Origin: an uncultured Candidatus Saccharibacteria bacterium
GTDB taxonomy: Bacteria > Patescibacteriota > Doudnabacteria > UBA920
Direction of reading: 5' to 3'
Assembly (NCBI GenBank): GCA_964384035.1
Contig: CAYLIB010000007.1
Span: 18,769-82,768 of the forward strand
Length of the DNA stretch: 64,000 nucleotides
Both the position numbers and the translations under genes were made by a program. The notes beneath the pieces were generated by a model. The model was not told where the DNA came from, ran no database searches, and was given only the letters and a program-made list of their open reading frames with translations. Below, in pieces: positions 58,952-64,000 of the stretch; the first letter of the stretch is position 1; each line of letters opens with the position of its first letter.

Positions 58952-58998
58952 AGGTATATTAGAATATTAAAAGTTTGACCGAAGGAAGTCAAACAAGA

Positions 58999-59036
58999 GA
59001 AAAAGCCGGCCCGAAATATTTCGAGTCGGCTTTTCC
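58999..59036. terminator. Rho-independent terminator closing the large ncRNA candidate
   Basis: Minus strand: GCCGACTCGAAA-ta-TTTCGGGCCGGC-TTTTT. Confidence 0.8.
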
Positions 59037-59554
59037 TGTGATCACATTTATAGGTTAATGGTTACGCCAATTTGAGCGGCTGCTTGGGGCAAGCGGAAAT
59101 GCCTAATCTCAACTGACGCCGATTTTTCGAAAATGCCCCAGAGGAGTAGTAGTTGAACCAGGGGCTTTGGGTTCAATTGGCTACCGCTCCTCTAGCAGGA
59201 GTCTTGCTTGACCGAATAGGGGGGGGCAGCAGACTCCGTAATCCTAGAACGTGTAAATCTTAGCGCGTTCTAGAGAAAATAGTTTATTTACCCAAAGACT
59301 TGCTATAGTACAAACTTACACTCTTCCATAGCAAGGAAACCTGTCTTTGGGTTGTTTGTGCAACCGGGATGCCTGCACTTGTGTGCGGGTTGCGCTTACC
59401 GAAGCTTTTTCGGCAAGTGGTTTCCTGGCAATAAAAAAAGAATTTTTTACTACTAGGAAACCACTTGTAAAACCTATTTTTTTAATGTGTTATACAGGGC
59501 TATTGGGAAACCTATTCAGTGAATCCACAGAAAAGGTTATGCCGTTCTAGCCCC
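58999..59554 (-). ncRNA. Candidate ~550-nt large structured non-coding RNA of unknown class
   Basis: Promoter TTGACA(59580-85)-N16-TAATAT; nine consecutive stem-loops and a potential pseudoknot; terminator; no credible ORF. Confidence 0.65.
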
Positions 59555-59595
59555 ATTATATTAAACTTTTTTTAAATTATGTCAAGGTTTATAGC

Positions 59596-62500
59596 CTATT
59601 TTTCCCCAACCATGCTAACTTCTTTTATTGCGGTTAATTGATCTATTAGATCCATAGAAATTGAAACTCTAGTGTGGGTTTTAATTTTTTTTATTCCTTC
59701 GTCGGTTGTGATATCTAATACAACCTCAGCGTTGCCAGGGAATTTGGTAAGTATTTCTTTTATAGAATTTAGAGTATCTTTGGTTCCGTTTTTGGAGATG
59801 TGGATATGGACTTGTTTTTCTTTTTCCATTTCGCTTAAAGCCATCTGGTAAATTTCATCACTGGGGAGGATCTTTATCGAATCTGCGATTATTTTAAGTT
59901 CCTCATCTTTGTCGTTAAGTTTTCCGGTTAACTCAATTACTCTGTCTACTTCGAGTATTGTTACAACTTGAGCCATTGTTTTTGGAAAAACTATGACTTC
60001 CATACTTCCGGATAAGTCTTCGAGAGTGAAGATTGCCATGGGGTCATTCTTTTTGGTCAACATTTTTTTCATTTTTGAAATCATGCCACCCAGATGGACA
60101 CTTGCCCCTAGAGGTGCATCCTGTAGTGCGTTTATGGAACCGAAATTGCTTAAAACTTTTTTATAATTTTTTAGAGGATGTGAAGTAACGTACATTCCCA
60201 GGTGTTCCTTTTCCCAGGTGAGTTTCTCTTGCTCGGATATTTCCCCTGAGGGTTCTAGTTTGAGCTTTCCAATTTGAAAAGATTTACCGAATAAAGAATT
60301 CTGTCCATCTGTTTTAATTTTAAAATGCTCTCTTAGAAAATCTAGGACTCGCTCTGTGTTGAAAATTAGGTTTCCTCTCTCGCCAAATCTATCTAATGCA
60401 CCTCCTTTTACCAACGCTTCGTATGATTTTTTATTTAAATTTTTGGTATGGCATTTGATTAGAAAATCTTCGAGAGTTTTAAATGGGACTTTTTCCTTTG
60501 TTTCTGATCTTAACTTAATAATTTGTTCTACGACATCGCTACCTAAGTTTTTTATAGCATTTAGACCAAAACGAATAGTGTGTTCATCTACTACTGTAAA
60601 ATCTCCGAAGGATTCATTTACGTCTGGTGGGAGCACTGTAATTTTTAAATTCTTACATTCTTCTACTGCGGCATAAATTTTATCTTCATTGCCACTTTCA
60701 CAGGTCATAACAGAAGCCATAAATTCAACAGGAAAATTAGCTTTCATGTAAGCAGTCTGATAAGAAACTACAGCGTAGCTTGCAGAATGGCTTTTATTGA
60801 AACCATATGCAGCAAAAGGTTCTATCCACGCCCATACTTCTTCCGCCTTATTTTTACTCCACCCTACGGTTTTTACACAACCATCTATAAATTTACCTCT
60901 CTCTTTCGCCATAACTTCCACGTCTTTTTTTCCTACTGCTTTTCTGAACTTATCTACTTCTTCCCAAGTGTAACCTGCGAGGTCATGGGCGATGGTTAAC
61001 AGGTCGTCTTGGTAAACTAAAATACCATAAGTTCTTTGGAGTATTTTTTCCAAAGAAGGGTCTAAATAAGTAATAAGATTAGGATCATGTTTTCTTGCTA
61101 TGAATTGCGGAATGAATTGGAGGGGTCCTGGACGATATAACGCAATCATGGCAGAAAGATCGAAAATATTGGAAGGTCTAAGTTCTTTTAAATAGCGGGT
61201 CATTCCACCTGAGCCAAGTTGAAAGACACCGAAGGTTAAGCCTTTTGAAAGTAATTCAAAGGTAGCTTTGTCTGGGTGGGGGAGATTATAGATATCTATT
61301 TTTTTTCCATGTCTCTTTTCTACTAAATTAACAGCAAGCTCTAGAATACTAAGGTTTCTAATCCCGAGTAAATCCATTTTAATCGCACCGATAGCGTTGC
61401 CTTTAGCGTTCACATCGAGCGAATACATATCGTATTGGGTAATCATCCTTTCTCCGTCAGGTTCTTTTTGGAGAGGAACTATGTCAGTAAGAGGAACCGG
61501 AGTAATGATAATCCCAGCGGCGTGGATAGAGGCGTGTCTGCAGCAACCTTCTAACCGCCTTGCGATGTCGATTATTTTGGTAGTTTCGGGATCTCTTTTA
61601 TAAACTTCTTTTAGCTCGGCCGACATTTCGATTGCTTTGTCTAGTGTCATATGGAAACCTTGTTTGCCGATTGGTATCATTTTGGCTATACGGTCGCATT
61701 TTCCGTATGCGACACCTAGTGCTCTACCAACATCTCTGACTGCTGCTCTAGCCATCATGGTTCCAAATGTAATAATTTGAGCAACTTTGTCCTTACCATA
61801 ACTTTCTGTAATGTATGCAATCGCCTCGTCTCTTTTTACGTCAGAAATATCGAGGTCAATATCGGGAGGGGTAGGGCGGTGCATGGTTAAAAAGCGTTCG
61901 AAAGGAAGCTCATAATATAGTGGGTCTACGTTGGTGATTTCGAGTATGTAACCGACTATGCTACCGGCTGCGGATCCCCTAGTGTTAGTGATTGCACCTA
62001 TTTGATGTGAACCATGAACAATATCTGCTACCATCAAGAAATATGGAGCGAAACCTTTTTTGCATATGATATCTAGTTCGTAATCGATTCTCGTAAGTAT
62101 TTCTTGGGGTATAGTTCCAGCTGCGCCATATTTGGCGAAAGATTTTTCGTGAACTGTATCAGTGAGATGTTCCTCCGCGCTTTTCCCTTCTGGGAGCCTA
62201 ACTTTAGGGAAGTATCTTTGATTTATTGGGATTTCAAGATTGCACATATCAGCAATCTTATTACTGTTCTCGATAGCTTCAGGGATATCTTTAAAAAGTT
62301 CTGTCATTTCCTGTGGTGACCTAAGTGACAGGTCGTGTTGACGCATGTCCAGTCTGTTTGGGTCGTTTACTGTTTTTCCTATTCCGATACAGACCATAAT
62401 GTCCTGAGCTTCTGCGTCTTCTTTATCTATATAGTGAGAGTCTTGAGTTGCGACAACGGGTATATTTTTTCTTTTGGCTAACTCGGCCATTGAATCAAAT

Positions 62501-63060
62501 ATTTTTGCCAACTCCGGATCGGGATTTGCGCTTGTGCGTTGCAGTTCTATATAAAAGTTTTCCTTACCAAAAATATTTAAATATTCTTCTAAGGCTTTTT
62601 CTCCTTCTTTTGTGCTTGCCTGCAATTTCCTACCTATTTCACCTCTTGGGCAACCTGAAAGAGCAATAATTCCCTCGTGGTATTTTTGTAGTAACTCTTT
62701 GTCTACTCTGGGTTTATAGTAAAAACCCTCGGTGTGTGAGAGAGTGGCAAGCATGAGTAGGTTTTGATAACCTTCATAATTTTTGGCTAGTAGGGTTAGG
62801 TGATAGTAGTCGCTATCGATTTTTCCTTCTTTGTCGAATCGGGTGCGAGGGGCCACATAACTTTCCATTCCAATTATTGGTTTTATGCCTGCCTCGTGGC
62901 ATAAGTTGTAAAATTCGACAGCTCCATAAAGTACACCGTGGTCTGTTATGCTGAGTGCGGTCATGCCAAGGTTTTTTGCTTTTTCCACTAAGGGTTCAGG
63001 TTTGCTCAGGCCATCAAGTAATGAGTAGTGGGTGTGACAATGTAAATGAGTGAAATTCAT
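59596..63060 (-). CDS. dnaE: DNA polymerase III alpha subunit
   Basis: PHP domain HCHTHYSLLDG, RGSAAGS, PPDIDLD, AYGFNKSHS, OB fold; no intein. Confidence 0.97.
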   Translation of the reverse strand: MNFTHLHCHTHYSLLDGLSKPEPLVEKAKNLGMTALSITDHGVLYGAVEFYNLCHEAGIKPIIGMESYVAPRTRFDKEGKIDSDYYHLTLLAKNYEGYQNLLMLATLSHTEGFYYKPRVDKELLQKYHEGIIALSGCPRGEIGRKLQASTKEGEKALEEYLNIFGKENFYIELQRTSANPDPELAKIFDSMAELAKRKNIPVVATQDSHYIDKEDAEAQDIMVCIGIGKTVNDPNRLDMRQHDLSLRSPQEMTELFKDIPEAIENSNKIADMCNLEIPINQRYFPKVRLPEGKSAEEHLTDTVHEKSFAKYGAAGTIPQEILTRIDYELDIICKKGFAPYFLMVADIVHGSHQIGAITNTRGSAAGSIVGYILEITNVDPLYYELPFERFLTMHRPTPPDIDLDISDVKRDEAIAYITESYGKDKVAQIITFGTMMARAAVRDVGRALGVAYGKCDRIAKMIPIGKQGFHMTLDKAIEMSAELKEVYKRDPETTKIIDIARRLEGCCRHASIHAAGIIITPVPLTDIVPLQKEPDGERMITQYDMYSLDVNAKGNAIGAIKMDLLGIRNLSILELAVNLVEKRHGKKIDIYNLPHPDKATFELLSKGLTFGVFQLGSGGMTRYLKELRPSNIFDLSAMIALYRPGPLQFIPQFIARKHDPNLITYLDPSLEKILQRTYGILVYQDDLLTIAHDLAGYTWEEVDKFRKAVGKKDVEVMAKERGKFIDGCVKTVGWSKNKAEEVWAWIEPFAAYGFNKSHSASYAVVSYQTAYMKANFPVEFMASVMTCESGNEDKIYAAVEECKNLKITVLPPDVNESFGDFTVVDEHTIRFGLNAIKNLGSDVVEQIIKLRSETKEKVPFKTLEDFLIKCHTKNLNKKSYEALVKGGALDRFGERGNLIFNTERVLDFLREHFKIKTDGQNSLFGKSFQIGKLKLEPSGEISEQEKLTWEKEHLGMYVTSHPLKNYKKVLSNFGSINALQDAPLGASVHLGGMISKMKKMLTKKNDPMAIFTLEDLSGSMEVIVFPKTMAQVVTILEVDRVIELTGKLNDKDEELKIIADSIKILPSDEIYQMALSEMEKEKQVHIHISKNGTKDTLNSIKEILTKFPGNAEVVLDITTDEGIKKIKTHTRVSISMDLIDQLTAIKEVSMVGEK

Positions 63061-63085
63061 GAGAAGTTTGGTATACTTTGGATAT

Positions 63086-63922
63086 ATGGAATCTTTGATA
63101 AAAGAAAAAGCGAAATATCAGGTAGAGAAATCAGTTTATGAGACTGGTTATGCCTTTATGCAGTTTACTAAGTGGGGCAGGATTCTTTTTTTAGTGTTTT
63201 TGATAGGCATAGTACCTGCATTCGTATTATCTAAGTATATATCAATTGTGTATTTTGACACTGTATATAAGTCTTTGAGGCTAAGCGCAAAACCTAGTAC
63301 TGTGCTTGCTTCACCTTTAACGATTTCACCGGTTGAATTATTTCGGATAACAAACAATATATATTCAGCTAGGGCGGTAATTAAGAATCCTAATTTAGAT
63401 ATTGCAGTTGGTAGTAGTCCTGTAAAGGTGGATTTTTATGATAGCGCAGGTGCGCTTATTTATACAGCTTCAGAGACTTACCATATATTACCTAATGGAG
63501 AATATGATGTCGTTATTCCAAGAATAGAAACTACAAGTGCAATAGTGGATGCAAAAATTAATGCAGAAAATCCTCATTTTCAAAAACGGTTAAATATACC
63601 AAAAGTAGATTTCCAAACACCTACACCTGAGATAATAAATGACGGAAGTGGGGGAGTGGAAATAGAGGGTACCGTTTATAACGGAAGTCCTTTTGCTTTA
63701 AAAAAAGTTTTGTTAAAAATTTATTTGTTTGATGCTTCTAATAAATTGATTGCTGTAAGTAGTCGTGCAGAAAATAGTATGAAACCTTTTGAGAGAAGGA
63801 CATATCATATTGTATGGCCGGCAGGAAGTACTGTTGGGTTGTATCGTGTTGAGACGAAAGCAGATACCAATGTTTTAGACCCAGAAAATCTGCGTTTGTC
63901 CACGGTTTATCAGAATAAATAA
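63086..63922 (+). CDS. Membrane-anchored protein with two FxLYD-like Ig domains
   Basis: TM helix; KNPN..VDFYD and GTVYNGS..IYLFD repeats; start reassigned to ATG 63086. Confidence 0.65.
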   Translation: MESLIKEKAKYQVEKSVYETGYAFMQFTKWGRILFLVFLIGIVPAFVLSKYISIVYFDTVYKSLRLSAKPSTVLASPLTISPVELFRITNNIYSARAVIKNPNLDIAVGSSPVKVDFYDSAGALIYTASETYHILPNGEYDVVIPRIETTSAIVDAKINAENPHFQKRLNIPKVDFQTPTPEIINDGSGGVEIEGTVYNGSPFALKKVLLKIYLFDASNKLIAVSSRAENSMKPFERRTYHIVWPAGSTVGLYRVETKADTNVLDPENLRLSTVYQNK

Positions 63923-64000
63923 TTATGTTTAGCTTATTTCGAAATTTATCTTATTTCGATGTGCCACTTTTTGTGGCAATGTTGTTAGTTCAAGCATTGG

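Noticed and set aside
59064-59140. HDV-like ribozyme in the pseudoknot domain
   Set aside because: P1/P2 crossing topology is similar, but I could not place the canonical P1.1 pairs or L3 residues.
59347-59550. 67-aa plus-strand ORF, and other short ORFs antisense to or overlapping housekeeping genes (e.g. 2482-2931, 25815-26372, 58798-58992)
   Set aside because: No RBS or recognisable motifs; they shadow established genes or structured RNA and are best explained as chance frames.
59041-59554. tmRNA (5' GGGGCT start; ...PKQPLKLA-stop resembles a tag)
   Set aside because: No TPsiC arm or 3' CCA acceptor strand; the 5' end pairs locally with TAGCCC about 50 nt downstream.
58999-59554. RNase P RNA
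   Set aside because: Conserved GAGGAAAGUCC and ACARAANNCGGCUUA segments were not found on either strand.

Overview
AT-rich, compact bacterial chromosomal segment (standard code) that looks like a Patescibacteria/CPR genome. This is inferred from the gene set, the GT-C glycosyltransferase pair, the archaeal-type PyrH and SD-less housekeeping starts. The backbone is housekeeping: gatCAB, miaA, holB, frr, rseP, proS, mreBCD-mrdA, folD, greA, lysS, serS, murF, ftsQ-like, pyrH, GT-C/GT2/WecA, rplU, recR, dnaB, cysS, LOG, CPA2 antiporter, two adk-like genes, map, rarA, thrS and dnaE. I found no rRNA, tRNA, CRISPR array, transposase or integrase. Most of the unusual content is non-coding or regulatory. 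(1) A ~550-nt, densely base-paired, non-coding unit lies between dnaE and thrS, with its own promoter and terminator, and matches no RNA class I recognise. (2) A miniature T-box with an ultrashort Stem I (ACC in the terminal loop) and a terminator precedes thrS. (3) Two covarying copies of an unknown structured motif flank gatC. (4) Several families of long imperfect palindromes and heptamer-repeat hairpins occur, and a separate short REP-like palindrome sits in frame inside miaA. (5) Eleven orphan genes plus a divergent glgC, mostly solitary, all carry SD motifs and most have their own sigma70-like promoter, whereas housekeeping genes largely lack SD sequences. All calls come from reading the sequence; no database searches or folding programs were run.
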